Assembly (NCBI GenBank): GCA_008632985.1
Contig: QPGO01000343.1
Coordinates: 1 to 43,281, forward strand
Reading direction: 5' to 3'
Length of the DNA: 43,281 bases
Source of the DNA: Psammoneis japonica
Taxonomy: Eukaryota
Part shown: positions 12,967-23,900 of the stretch, piece after piece
Numbering within the stretch: position 1 is the stretch's first letter
Layout of the letters: each line of letters starts with the position of its first letter
Notes under the pieces: model-generated
The model's input: only the letters and a program-made list of their open reading frames with translations
Databases searched by the model: none
Told to the model about the DNA's origin: nothing
Program-made: the position numbers and the translations under genes

Positions 12967-13699
12967 CTTGCGTGGCTTCCATCGCCAACTGCCCATGGCC
13001 TTTTTCACCGGGTGGTGAATTGGGATCGACTGGCAACGCTCCGCGAATGTTCGCTGCACCTCACACACCGCGTGCACCCACCGTCAGCATGTCCTTTTCC
13101 GACTGTGCGAGTCTGCCAAAGAAATGGAAAATTCACCTCTCCCAAGTGAGAGGAAAAGTGACCCGCATCACAACAAGGACAACTCTCCAGCATGATTTGC
13201 ACACCACCTCTTGCAAACCGTAATAGAGTGGAGCTCTAGAACAAGGTGGTGCGGGCTTTGGCTGACACGCCGATGCAAGAATGCAGTGATGTCTTCTCGT
13301 CATCCCGTCTCTCCTTTGCCACGGGATGGCTCCGGAATGCCGGCAAGATGCCTGCCAAGGATTCGAAGAATCGTGGCAGACTGAGCCTTGATTTGGCTCA
13401 CATGGTGGAACGATGTTTGATGGAGGATGAGGACTTGAGCGTCTTGCTGCAGCTGGCGTCACACTGAAGCATGCGGGGACAACAAGGCGCAATTCTCTTT
13501 GGGGAAGGTCGGAGGTACGAAAATGCGGACGAGAACTTGGATGATTGTAGCGGCCAATCATTGGGGGTCAGAAAAGCCCTGGTTGCAAGGCAAAGTTGGA
13601 TCGAACGACAGCCTTTAGAGAGCCCGCCGATTTTCTGTGAATGACTCCACACCGCTGCCTCTTCCAATTAATTAGATCAAGCTCATCTGGTGCTTCAAA

Positions 13700-14823
13700 G
13701 GAGATCTGTTTGGGGCATAGAGGAGGAGAGGAGGAGAAGGCTGCTGCATCGAAAAGCCACTAAGCCGGAGCAAAAGGTCAGTGGCTGTTGCTCCAAAGAT
13801 CGAAGCGCAGGACGAGCCGGGACAAGCCCGAGAAACCCCGAGCAAGAAGCAGAAAACGGGGAAGAAGACGGCACCATAGGCAAATTCGACAAATCCGTAC
13901 TCTCCAGTGGGATCTCAAATGCCATACCTTCATCCCAGTGTTCCAGCAGATCCAAATATGCCATCCTATGCCTGGAACGATGCCTGCTTTCCAGGCGGGA
14001 AGGCTAGAGAGTCGTTGTCGGTGATGGACCGCCTCCGGCCTCAAGAGCGCCGGTATCACCGCACACGGAGAGTTACACGAATTCACGCCATCACCCCCCT
14101 CCTTATACACCATGCAGACTGAGAACCTCCACCGCTGATGGGTGGAATGCCAATTCTTCATTACGGGCACTATCCTCCAACTCATCACATGCCAACGTAC
14201 ACGAGTCAACACCCTCCAGCAAAGAACCCTCTAAAGAATACAAAAGCCAAGAGCACAATAGCGACCAAGAGATCTGGAGATGGCAAATCTTCCACTTCTC
14301 TGGTTAAGAAGCAACGAAGGTCGCCCGCCTCTAGGGTTCCAAGCGACGACCAAAGGCAGGAGCGAACGAACCGGTGTACCATCAAAAAACGGCAGCTACA
14401 ATCAATGCTGTTAAACGAGCAAATGGGTGTAAGAACGATATAGTTGCGGCATTGATGACTGCAATTCTTCGAGCTGTAACGATGCGGCCGTCTGGAAAAT
14501 TGGTAAGTGTTGATTTCGGCCCTCGTTTTGTGATGCCGTGCTCTTGACTCACCTGGGTGTTGTGTCCGCGATTTCTCTTTTCACAGCAAGCACAACTGTA
14601 CTATGCGGGGAAGTCAAGATGCATTGGAGTAGTTTTTGACACTCGGAAAAGGCAGCTGTAACGTACAAAATTGTAGACTAAGGGAGAAGTTGAAGGCGGG
14701 CATATCTCCAGGAGATCACAGTTCACAATCATAAAGGGGACAGAAGCGGCTGTCAACATGGCTCGAAAGGCTGCCTTTAAGGGAGTGAATGAAAAGGATC
14801 CTCGGTTGGTGTCCTCAAAATGA
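13700..14823 (+). pseudogene. AP2-domain transcription factor relic
   Basis: ILRAVTMRPSGK, then an intron (GTAAGT 14503 to CAG 14586), then QAQLYYAGKSRCIGVVFDTR and, after a frameshift, KAAVTYKIV*. This matches the stramenopile AP2 pattern RGVTxRPSGKWQAQxYxAGKSRYIGVFDTxEKAAxAY. Pro/His/Gly-rich upstream fragments are present. The 5' limit is approximate. Confidence 0.75.
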
Positions 14824-14979
14824 TATTCTACACTCTAGACAGAGATGCTTTCTGCATTTTTCGGATGCGCGTAACTAGTAGATAAAGATAGAAACTGCCG
14901 CGTTTACTTATCGACAGCTCTATGGCCTACTTGTCTTGTCATTCCTACACGATTTCTTTCATCATCTTCTTTCTTTGAT

Positions 14980-15470
14980 ATTCCTTTCTTACGTTCAGCT
15001 CTACTCACGGCATTGGTTCCGAATGTGGCGCTGCTCACGAGCCTTCTTCAAGTCCCCTCCGTCGGTCGAATCGAAATCAGAAAACGACTGGGTCAAAGCT
15101 TCGTATCCCAAGCCCAGCCCTCCAAAGCACAACTACAATGCCGCTCAGGACGCGATGCATATGAACAGCAACTTCATGGAGGCGCAAGGCAAGACGCATC
15201 GTTACAACGTCAATGAGCCATTTGTTTCGTAAGTTTTTGTGGCTGTTGCTGTACGGCCTGTGATATAAACGCTTGTTTCTAATGTCACATTCTTTCTTTG
15301 ATGTTCTTTTTCTTGCGTTCAGCTCTACTCATGGCATTGGTTCCGACAGTGGTGCTGCTCACGAGCCGTCTTCAAAGTACAAGTCCCCACCGTCGGTCGA
15401 TTCGGAATCAGAAAATGACGACGTCAACGTTTCGCCTCCCAAGCCGAGCCCTCCAAAGTATCAGCACCAA
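14980..15470 (+). repeat. Diverged tandem duplication of a splice acceptor plus exon start
   Basis: CGTTCAG|CTCTACTCACGGCATTGGTTCCGA...AAGTCCCCTCCGTCGGTCGAATCGAAATCAGAAAACGAC...CCCAAGCCCAGCCCTCCAAAG at about 14990-15130 recurs in diverged form at about 15315-15460. Confidence 0.8.
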
Positions 15471-15823
15471 GTCGGTGAGAGAGTCATGTACACAAACAGT
15501 AATACGAACGACATTGCTTCTGCTGAAATCATCAGCATTCACCTTGACGACGAAACTCCGTACTACACCATCCTCTTCTCCAATGGCAGAGAGCGACAGA
15601 CGGTTGACAAGAATCTGTTTCCCGCCCCGAAAACACCAACGTCCAAGTACAGTAAAGGGCAGGATGTGCTTTACTGTCGCGACAACACTCGTGTTATGGC
15701 AAAAGTTTTAAACGTTACTTCGATGATGATCTCGTGGCGTACTACGACATTCGATGTATGGATGGGAGCGAGAGACAGACAGTTGATTCCTACTTGGAGG
15801 AGGATCCTGATCCGGATTTGTAA
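15323..15823 (+). pseudogene. Exon encoding two small beta-rich (SH3/Tudor-like) repeats, frameshifted
   Basis: KYQHQVGERVMY...IISIHLDDETPYYTILFSNGRERQTVDKNL, then KYSKGQDVLY...KVLNV and, in another frame, FDDDLVAYYDIRCMDGSERQTVDSYL. The fold assignment is inference. Confidence 0.55.
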
Positions 15824-15967
15824 TGAGTGTTTCGACTGGGGCTGAGTCTTTTGCTATTGCAGGTGGAAGAGTTTGTCCATGATTGTATCTTTCTTTTCAT
15901 TCAGACCCGCATTGTCTTACGGACATGGACCCGACAACACGGCAGACGGGAAATAAGTTACTATCAC

Positions 15968-16991
15968 TCACTGCTTCAGCCTTGACGGTTCCCAATTATA
16001 CGTCAATAGCAAACGCCTCCCCCGAGAGACGACTAAGACGAATGCCAGTGAGCACCAAAAAGCCGGAGGACGCGCCTTCTTCAAAGCAAGCATAGCCTCT
16101 GACAAGGCCCCAGACTTCCTGTCGTTCGACACACCTTCGCCAATGGTCACTTCCCGAAGCAAAGGGTCCTGTGAAAGCCGGTAGAAACAAAACCAAACAT
16201 ATATGGGACAGTCGATCAGCGCATCCCGCTGTGGCGACGAGTGATTTGGTTGAAGTGGTCGCATATACGAGACAATGCAGTCCGTCTCCCTTCATCAGCA
16301 TCAAAGTCTAGATCGCCCGCGTCGTTCTCAGCAAAACTTGCACAAGAGCTGATGAGCTTAGTGGGGGTCATTTCGTGTTGTGTCGCCTCATGCAAGAGGT
16401 GAAAAATGTAGATCCACATAAATTTGAAGTAGACCAGCACCATCAATGGGTCGTTCACGGAAATAGGAAATTCGTATGCTCGATCCCTATGATCTTGCGT
16501 CGCGGTCCGGGAATCGTAAAGGTCACCCCACTTATCCTCGAAGCCCTTCACAAACTGCAAATCTGCTGTCATTCAATTGTAGAGAGTGGGTTCTAGGTCA
16601 AAACGGATAACAAAGCGTTGATTGCAATTGACGCAATCTTCTTTTGTAGCAGCCTCCGAAGCTGCTCAGTAACCGAGGGACCTGGTTGCTGCACGCTATA
16701 CTCGAGCGAATCTACTAGAATCACTGAAACTTTCACTGTCCCTGACGTACCAGGTAGGGCTCGGGCTGCATGCAAAATATTATTACATCCGACTCATCCC
16801 TAAAAACGAAAATGTCCTGGCGATTCGAAACTGCGAACATGTCTAGTAGAGAGTACTCCGCCTTCCAGCTTTTGTATGACTTTACATGCCGTGCATCGGT
16901 GACAAAACTCGAAACGAGTCCGGAACCGAACACGGCAGCAAAAATACCCATCCGGGTGACGCTTCGTTTCTTCCCCGATATGAATAATCAA
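15968..16991 (-). pseudogene. Possible fragmented coding sequence of unknown function
   Basis: Consecutive protein-like minus-strand ORF pieces (16733-16951, 16216-16572, 15968-16264) in different frames. No family was recognised. Confidence 0.3.
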
Positions 16992-17297
16992 TCTTCGTCG
17001 CGTCCTCGACCACTCTAGATTCCGAGATCAAAAAGTTACTCAAAATTCTCGTACCGTACGATGGAGACTGGATGGGATAAAATTGTTGATTATTGAGCGG
17101 AGGTTGATTTTCTTACCTTGCGACCGGACGATACCTTACCTTTAACGCAAGGGTGCCAGAGTTCAGAGTGACGCTCACGACGCCATGGTTTCAGTAGTCA
17201 GCGGCTAGAGCATGCAGTCACAAATTTCGAAACTAGTGGAGGGAGTTGAAGTTGTGACGTTGAAGATGAAGAAGCCGAAGGCCGGGCAGCCGCCTTT

Positions 17298-17338
17298 GAT
17301 TGGTTAAATGACGTCAGTGGTTGATAATTGCATCCAAT
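17298..17338. promoter_or_regulatory. Candidate promoter motifs: CCAAT boxes and a TGACGTCA bZIP-type site
   Basis: GATTGG at about 17298, TGACGTCA at 17309-17316 and CCAAT at 17334-17338, upstream of the CDS at 17715. Confidence 0.35.
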
Positions 17339-17346
17339 CAACTCAA

Positions 17347-17596
17347 CACCCCTGTGGTAGGGGAGAATATGGTGATGTCATGGTTACGTGGCAGTTTATA
17401 TCTTATTCATTATATTTTTATATAAATGTCCTCACATTTATTTATGCATTTGTACACAAATGCTAATAGTAGCAGGAAAAATCCTGAACCATGGAATATA
17501 CACATTCGTGTGGATATTAACATTAAAACTCAACGCACGGCGAAGCCGTGCGCGCACAACCACGCACACACACACAGCTCCCCTACCACAGGGGTG
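17347..17596. mobile_element. MITE / non-autonomous TIR transposon (250 bp, 9-bp TSD)
   Basis: Perfect 19-bp TIRs CACCCCTGTGGTAGGGGAG (17347-17365) and CTCCCCTACCACAGGGGTG (17578-17596). TCAACTCAA is directly repeated at 17338-17346 and 17597-17605. The interior is AT-rich and non-coding. Confidence 0.9.
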
Positions 17597-17602
17597 TCAA
17601 CT

Positions 17603-17626
17603 CAACAACAACAACAACAACAACAA
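17603..17626 (+). repeat. (CAA)n microsatellite
   Basis: Run of CAA triplets directly after the MITE. Confidence 0.9.
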
Positions 17627-17714
17627 AGGCGGAAGAAAGATACTGTAGCTAATAATGCGTTGTGTAACTGTGTAACAACAAAACGGGAGACTGTGTAAGT
17701 CAAGTGAACAAGAT

Positions 17715-18113
17715 ATGTCGACCGAAGAATCGTCAGTGTCGCTAGAAGAGCATGCAAACCAACTGCTGGAAAGGGAGAGAAACGCCGCAGATGCGCAGGT
17801 GAAGCGGGTCGTTGAGCAAGCCAACAAGCAATGGGATGAGTTGGAGATGGAGGTTCGCAACCAGTTGAAGGAATCGTCGCAAAAAAATGAGCAAGAGCTG
17901 AAAGAATCGTTGAAAAAGATACAGCAACAACATCAAAAGCAAGAGGCTGCGATTGAGCAGTTTACGAAGCAAATCACTGAGAAGGAAAGCGCGGCCATGC
18001 ACGAATGCAAAGAATTGACACTAAAGTTAAAAGAAGTCGAGGCAAAGAGCGAAAGCTTTCGAAAATCATGTCAAGAATTCGAAGCGAGTTTTCAGGCTGT
18101 CAAAAAGCAGTAG
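17715..18113 (+). CDS. Small coiled-coil protein (132 aa)
   Basis: ATG-started open ORF rich in E/K/Q with heptad character. It may be a truncated gene. Confidence 0.6.
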   Translation: MSTEESSVSLEEHANQLLERERNAADAQVKRVVEQANKQWDELEMEVRNQLKESSQKNEQELKESLKKIQQQHQKQEAAIEQFTKQITEKESAAMHECKELTLKLKEVEAKSESFRKSCQEFEASFQAVKKQ

Positions 18114-18460
18114 CAAGCTGGGTTTCGGTTTGAGCATGGCATTCGGAACCAGCATGAATTGTATGGTACGGGAGAGTAGAACGCCAAGCTTCAGAGTAAC
18201 CATTTGCATTTGTAGGGATCGGTACTCTTCATCGGTATGCTTCTAAGTAGTACAGTAGGCTTTTACTAATTTCTATCTCAGGATTTGGTAGGTGTATGGT
18301 AAGCTATGGTGGCGACTTGTGCTCTTGACTCCATAGTACAAAAGTACCACAACCTTCGCTTGCGCTTTACCCAGTCAAAAGGGATAGCATTGTGTGGTAG
18401 TCAAGATGAATGGGTCTAGCAAAAGAGCCAGAGCCCAGAGGAAATCGTTTGGGTATGAAT

Positions 18461-19169
18461 TCAGCACAGCAACTTCCATTCGTCAGCAACCGTGCCTGGC
18501 GTGGCACCTTCCTTCATGATATCATCCACGCCATTCACCGTTAGAACTCGACCAGATAACTTATCTATTACAATCAAGGTGGGGGTGCCATGCAAGCGAT
18601 CCGTCATACCGAGAGCATCCAGTTCCTTCTTCGCGCACGTCTTGAACAACCTTTTCAGATTTGATCTTTCCTCGACTGCATTGAACGGAATGTAGTCGAA
18701 GACAGAAGGAACATCTACGTAGGAAATAAATTCAATGGCACGCAGAGTTGAGAATGATACGATTTGGTTAAGAGTGACAAGGATTACTGACTCCTCATCT
18801 TCAGTCAATATAACATACGGTAGACGTACAGTTCTTCATTTCTTCAGCAGACGTGTCGCTGCTGACATAGACGATTGAAAACAAGCCGTCTTGATCATTG
18901 ACAACCAGTTTTTCAAGCACAGGAACAACTTCCCAACAATCGTCACACCAGGATGCAGCGAAGAAAAGCCCCACAAATCGCGGTGACGAGTCGCCAAAGA
19001 AATGCGTCAAGCACGGGAACTCGAACACCCACTCATCCCGTGAGAATTGCACTTGTTGTTCTGTCGATAATTCTTTTTGTGCTTTACGTTGTTGTCGCCT
19101 GAGGAAATACCAACAGGCAGTGGCGATGGCTGAAAGGACAAGAATGTCCGTCGTCAATGTCATTCGCAT
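18461..19169 (-). CDS. Nucleoredoxin/tryparedoxin-like thioredoxin-fold protein with N-terminal membrane anchor (two exons)
   Basis: FVGLFFAASWCDDC, SIVYVSSD, YIPF and GTPTLIVID..GRVLTVNG motifs. A GTACGT...TAG intron at 18829-18715 joins the two ORFs in frame (..MKNYVPSVF..). Start is at 19169 or 19163. Confidence 0.85.
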
Positions 19170-19308
19170 TCTCTCATCATCTTCGTAAGGTAACGTGATG
19201 GTATCTTTGTGTTTGACTTTGACTTTGGCCCGTTTTGAAGATATGATATTGTATCTTCTGCTTTTGGTGCAATTTCGCGATTTTTCATTTTCAGCTTTTT
19301 TCAATTGG

Positions 19309-19428
19309 TGACGTCATCCCAAACATCAGCTACCTTTTTCGATTTTCAATTTTTTGCAACATTTTTTAGTTTTGTTAAAATCCATGACGTCATCGTCCTT
19401 CTCATTTTTTTCTTTCGCTCGTACGTCA
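19309..19428. promoter_or_regulatory. Clustered TGACGTCA sites in a divergent promoter
   Basis: TGACGTCA at 19309-19316 and 19385-19392 plus TACGTCA at about 19422, between head-to-head genes. Confidence 0.45.
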
Positions 19429-19659
19429 GCGGCGGCAACTCAATCCGCACCTCATTTTTTTTTCTTTTACAGTATTCTTCCTCTTCACTCTTGTTTGTTT
19501 TTGCCAACAGCAACAAAAGGGAAACAAATGCGAGCATAGAATCGTGTATTTGATCGTTCACATGCTCGAGCATTCATTTTTACTACTGCAGCTTGAGTTG
19601 ATAAGGCGCGGAATCAAATCATTACAAAAGCGTGCGCGACTGCGAAACGATTGAAGAGA

Positions 19660-20931
19660 ATGAGGAGGCATTTGCTTTCGTCCCTCCTGACTTGTCGAAT
19701 TGCATCGTCTGCCGCAGCGTTTCTCGTTCTGGGGCAGACGCTTTTCTTGAATCGCTACATTACCAATAGTCCGTCCAACCGGCGAGCGGGGGACTTTTCG
19801 GCATGCCGTCAGCATGGCAGTATCTTTGCAGGTGTAGTCCGACGAAATGTTGCGCTTTGCGAACAGCAGCAGCAGCAGAAAGATGGCTTTACGACGGAAA
19901 GAACTGAAACAAATCAGCAACCTAGAAACGGTATGGAAAAAGGCAATGAGGTCCAAGACGATGAAAACATTCGGCTACGCCTGACTCCTTTGGATTTCTA
20001 CTTTCAAAAGTACGGATGGTTGCCTCTGCCAAAGACGACGCACAAGGTACTCAAAGACTCGGACGATCAAATCAATTCCCCAGACCGAAAAGGTATTCTA
20101 GTTATTGGAGACGTGCACGGTTGTTTTGAAGAATTGCAGCTCCTCCACAAGGAGGCCGTCGAGGAGAACGACGGTATGGACTTTCGGTTTGTCATTTTGG
20201 TGGGTGACTTGTGCAACAAGGGTCCGTTTCCGGCTCGAGTTATTCGGTTTGTACGACAAGAACCCAACTGGTTAGCGGTACGAGGCAATCATGACAATGC
20301 TGCGTTAGGTGCAGCACTCGGAAATGAATACAGACGAAAACATCCAAAGTACGACTGGGTGCAAGAGGGAGAAAACAGAAACGCAACAGAGACGTCTGAC
20401 AAGATTGTGTTGTCTGACAAGGACGTGATGTGGATGAGTGATTTGCCTTATACCATTACAATACCTGCGTCCATGTTTGGAGACGAAGAAACTGTAGACA
20501 CAGTGGTTGTACACGCCGGTTTCTTACCAGGTGTTCCTGTGGAGGATCAGGATGTACCGAATATGATTCATTTACGAGAGGTAGTAGAAGTGTACAGCAC
20601 CCAAGATGGAGGCGACACGGACGGCAAGCAACTAAAAGTGACTCGCACTTATGCTCCCTATCGGGCTTCTAAACGAGAACGCAATACCGAAGGCGACCCT
20701 CATCCGCTGCCATGGGCTCCAACCTGGAAGGGACCCCAGCGTGTGATCTTTGGTCACGACGCCAAACGTGGCTTTCAGCGGTATGCTGGTGACTGGGCCA
20801 TTGGGCTTGATACGGGCGCTGTGTATGGCAATCAATTGACGGGTATCATCTTACCACAAAAGAAAATTGTGAGTGTCGACGCTGTCGCTGAGCACGTTCC
20901 TGTGAAGGAAGCGCAAGACACGAAAACGTAG
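19660..20931 (+). CDS. Calcineurin-like metallophosphoesterase, PPP/ApaH (diadenosine tetraphosphatase)-like
   Basis: Intact ORF with GDVHG, GDLCNKG, RGNHD, VHAG, FGHDA and GLDTGAVYG motifs. First ATG is at 19660. Confidence 0.9.
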   Translation: MRRHLLSSLLTCRIASSAAAFLVLGQTLFLNRYITNSPSNRRAGDFSACRQHGSIFAGVVRRNVALCEQQQQQKDGFTTERTETNQQPRNGMEKGNEVQDDENIRLRLTPLDFYFQKYGWLPLPKTTHKVLKDSDDQINSPDRKGILVIGDVHGCFEELQLLHKEAVEENDGMDFRFVILVGDLCNKGPFPARVIRFVRQEPNWLAVRGNHDNAALGAALGNEYRRKHPKYDWVQEGENRNATETSDKIVLSDKDVMWMSDLPYTITIPASMFGDEETVDTVVVHAGFLPGVPVEDQDVPNMIHLREVVEVYSTQDGGDTDGKQLKVTRTYAPYRASKRERNTEGDPHPLPWAPTWKGPQRVIFGHDAKRGFQRYAGDWAIGLDTGAVYGNQLTGIILPQKKIVSVDAVAEHVPVKEAQDTKT

Positions 20932-23900
20932 GAGGAAGATCGAAAAGCTCAACATTGCAACTTACAATCACCTTTTCAGGCATGGAGTCGTAAGCACACA
21001 TGTATTAGTTTGTTTCAATTATGCTGTTGTTGTGCTGTGCTCCTCGTTTGCCGCTTATGACTACCGGTAGGGACTCTAGGCACTACATAATCTCTAGAGG
21101 TGAAGTCCCACCGTATTTTGAGATCAGTTTCTCGCTTTTTGGATTGGTTGCCATAACTTGGCGATCTGACATACTGATTAAAAAATTATGTGCGACATCC
21201 TTGAAGGTTTCAACGATAAATGCGCAGCCACGAAAAGCAACCTGTTGCTAGTTTCAAACAAAATCGCAGCGAATCGAAAGACCACACAATTCACGATGCT
21301 TTCACAATCAATCACATCCATGAGGTACAAACAAACAAACAAACAAAAATGAGATACAGCCAATCTACCCCAGTCAAGCCACAAGGAAAAGTCGAGTGAA
21401 CCCGCACTCCAAACCTGGTCATTCCTTGTGCTTTGTGAAGCACTTGGTGGCACAGGATTGCTTGGGTGGATGTTGTTTTGTAAACACCTTTTACTCCTTA
21501 AACCAAATGCTGCATCCTCAGAAACAACATCCAATCCATGAACACTGAAGCAGTGAGCGTTGGCCTTGACCTCAGCTCCAGCCCTGACAGGAGAAGTCAG
21601 AGAGCAACGAGTCATGTCATGTTGCCCATGCTGACAATCATCCCCACTTTGCTCATTGACTGTTGGCTGAAGCCTGTCTCCACTTTGCTCCATTGCCACA
21701 GTCTGTGCCTCCTGAGCAGTCCATTCAACATGATGAGACATCTGCAATTGCATTGTCTGCTGTGACAGCAATTCCTCCTGTGACAAGAGAGATGTGGTTG
21801 TTTTGGATGAGGGCTGTGCATTCAAGAGGTGATGGCCCCTGCATTGGCGCCAACAGCACAACAATCCCTCATTGTGGATGCACAAAAAGAGGGCCAGATG
21901 CTGCACACAACAGCGGCATTTCTTTGGACATGTCCCGGCTTTTTTTCAATGAGCGCTGTGGTGGCATCATGCAAGCAAGCTTGCAGGCAAAACTTGGGCC
22001 TTGTGATGAACTGCCAAAGTCATTCTTGGCAAGGCAGCACAGCATCTTTTTCTCTTTTGCTGGTGCTGCATTTGTGCTCATTGTCAATGGAGGATGCAGC
22101 TCCTGACAATGGATGAGTCTTCTCACACACTGCACTTCTTTCACACAGCACCAACCACATTGACATTGAACGCAAGTGGCCAGCCCAATCTTGTTGGACT
22201 CCAATCCTGGTGAACACAGCCAGGCCCAACATTCACATTGTCTGCATTTTGAGGCACTCGAACAAATGGGGGCAGACAGATTTTTTTGTGACAATTGCAC
22301 CACAGTGCACAGAGCTGGTCTCCTTGTGCATTGCACACTCTCTCCACCAATGCTGTTCTTGTGACTGCTGTCCAGCTCCAAAGCTCATCTTGGTCTTGCA
22401 TTCTTGAAATGTGTGGCCACTGTCATGAACCTGAAATCTGAAACCACAATGTGTGGGTTTTTGCCACCCATGCCATGGCCTCATCAGCAAAACCTGACAA
22501 GCCTGTTGGAACCACTGCAGGACAAGCCAGTCAAATGGATCCTCTGCCAATGACAACCCCAGCAGCAAAAACTCTGTGTGACAGTTGCTGGTGCATGGTT
22601 TCAAAGATCTCAAAAAAAAACAGATGTGGTTTGAAACATTTGCTTTTTGATGCCACCACTCCAAAATTGCTCCTCAAGCAAAAGACTCGTGCACAGTGAC
22701 TGCATCCAATCTGTTGGCAAAACCCAAGCCATTCACCCAACAACAAAAAATGTTGCTCATCCCCAAAAAACATCCAAAGTCTTGAGCTTTGGGAGAGGCC
22801 CAGGCTGCTGCTGCCCTTGGAGGTTTTGTTTTGGCTGTTGCTCCCCCGCAATGGAGAAGGTGGTGAGTGTGTCCATCAGCTACAGGGATCATTGAACTTG
22901 CATGCTTGCTCTGCTCTTGTGGCAGAATGGAGAAATGCTTGGAAGCAGATGTCTTGATTTTGTTGCCCACATCAACCCAGCTGTGTCAAGAACAGAGAAG
23001 CATCAGCCCAAGCAGAGTGCCAACACATGCCACCTTCAAAGACAACGCATCAATTGTGAAGCCACTGGAGCTGCAAGTGTTGCATGGCACTGGAAGCAGC
23101 CCTTGCAACTGTGTGCAGAACACAACTGGTCAGAGAGAAAGTGCGCACCTCTTTGATTTTTTCATGTTGCTGAATGGCAGGGCAGCCACATCCCACAAAA
23201 ACTAAATTGCAGCACCCCACAACTCTGACTTTGAGTTGGCCTGGCAACCATTGCAAAAAGCAAGATGCTTGATGGCTGCTTTTGGCTTTTGTTTGGATGT
23301 GTCTGGCTGATGTGCAACAAGCAGACAAACAGGGCCTTGTCGTTGCACAGCTTTCTCTTGGAAACCATTGGTGGCATTGTCCTCTTTGTGACATTTGGGC
23401 TTGCATGTGAAGTCATTTCGAGAGTGATCTTTGTGAGGCTCAATCTCACCAAAACACCAAAATGCAATGTGCAGCTCCGCTTCTTCCTGCTCATGATCAA
23501 TCTGAGCAGTCTGACAATTTGCAGTGGCTGGTGACTCTCCTCCAGCCCAAAAAAATTGATGATGTTGTGCCTGTGTTGGTTGAAGCAGATGAGTGGGGAT
23601 CAAAAGCAATTTGTCAAATGTGGGCTGTTCACAATGTCTGGGATGCATTGCTCCTTGCCACAGACCATGACAGGCACTGGAGAAGCACAGCATTGAAGAA
23701 GGCATGACTCTCCAGGCTCAAGGTGCCTCTTCCCAAGCTTGCAACCCAACTGCGCAGGTCTCACATCTGAAGGATTGCCAAAAATGAAAGCAAGCAATGT
23801 GCTTGATGACAACAGTCAGAACCTTGGTTTTTCAAATCAAAGACTGGTGCTGGCTGCAAAGCTGCATTGAGAGCTGAGGGAGGCAAGCCTGCAGGAGTTT

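Larger units (their letters stand above)
8020..13149 (+). pseudogene. Intron-containing host gene fragment of unknown function, split by the Gypsy insertion
   Basis: An exon ends ..FDTSN at 8139, followed by a GTGAGT...TTGCAG intron (8140-8229). Removing the element and one CTTG copy restores an in-frame reading V-L-A-W-L-P-S-P-T-A-H-G-L-F-H-R-V-V-N-W that continues from 12971. Confidence 0.5.

Noticed and set aside
21236..21252. AGCAAC-CT-GTTGCT hairpin plus CTAGT as a Helitron 3' end
   Set aside because: The hairpin overlaps the CTAG instead of sitting about a dozen bases upstream, and no matching 5' end or RepHel ORF was seen.
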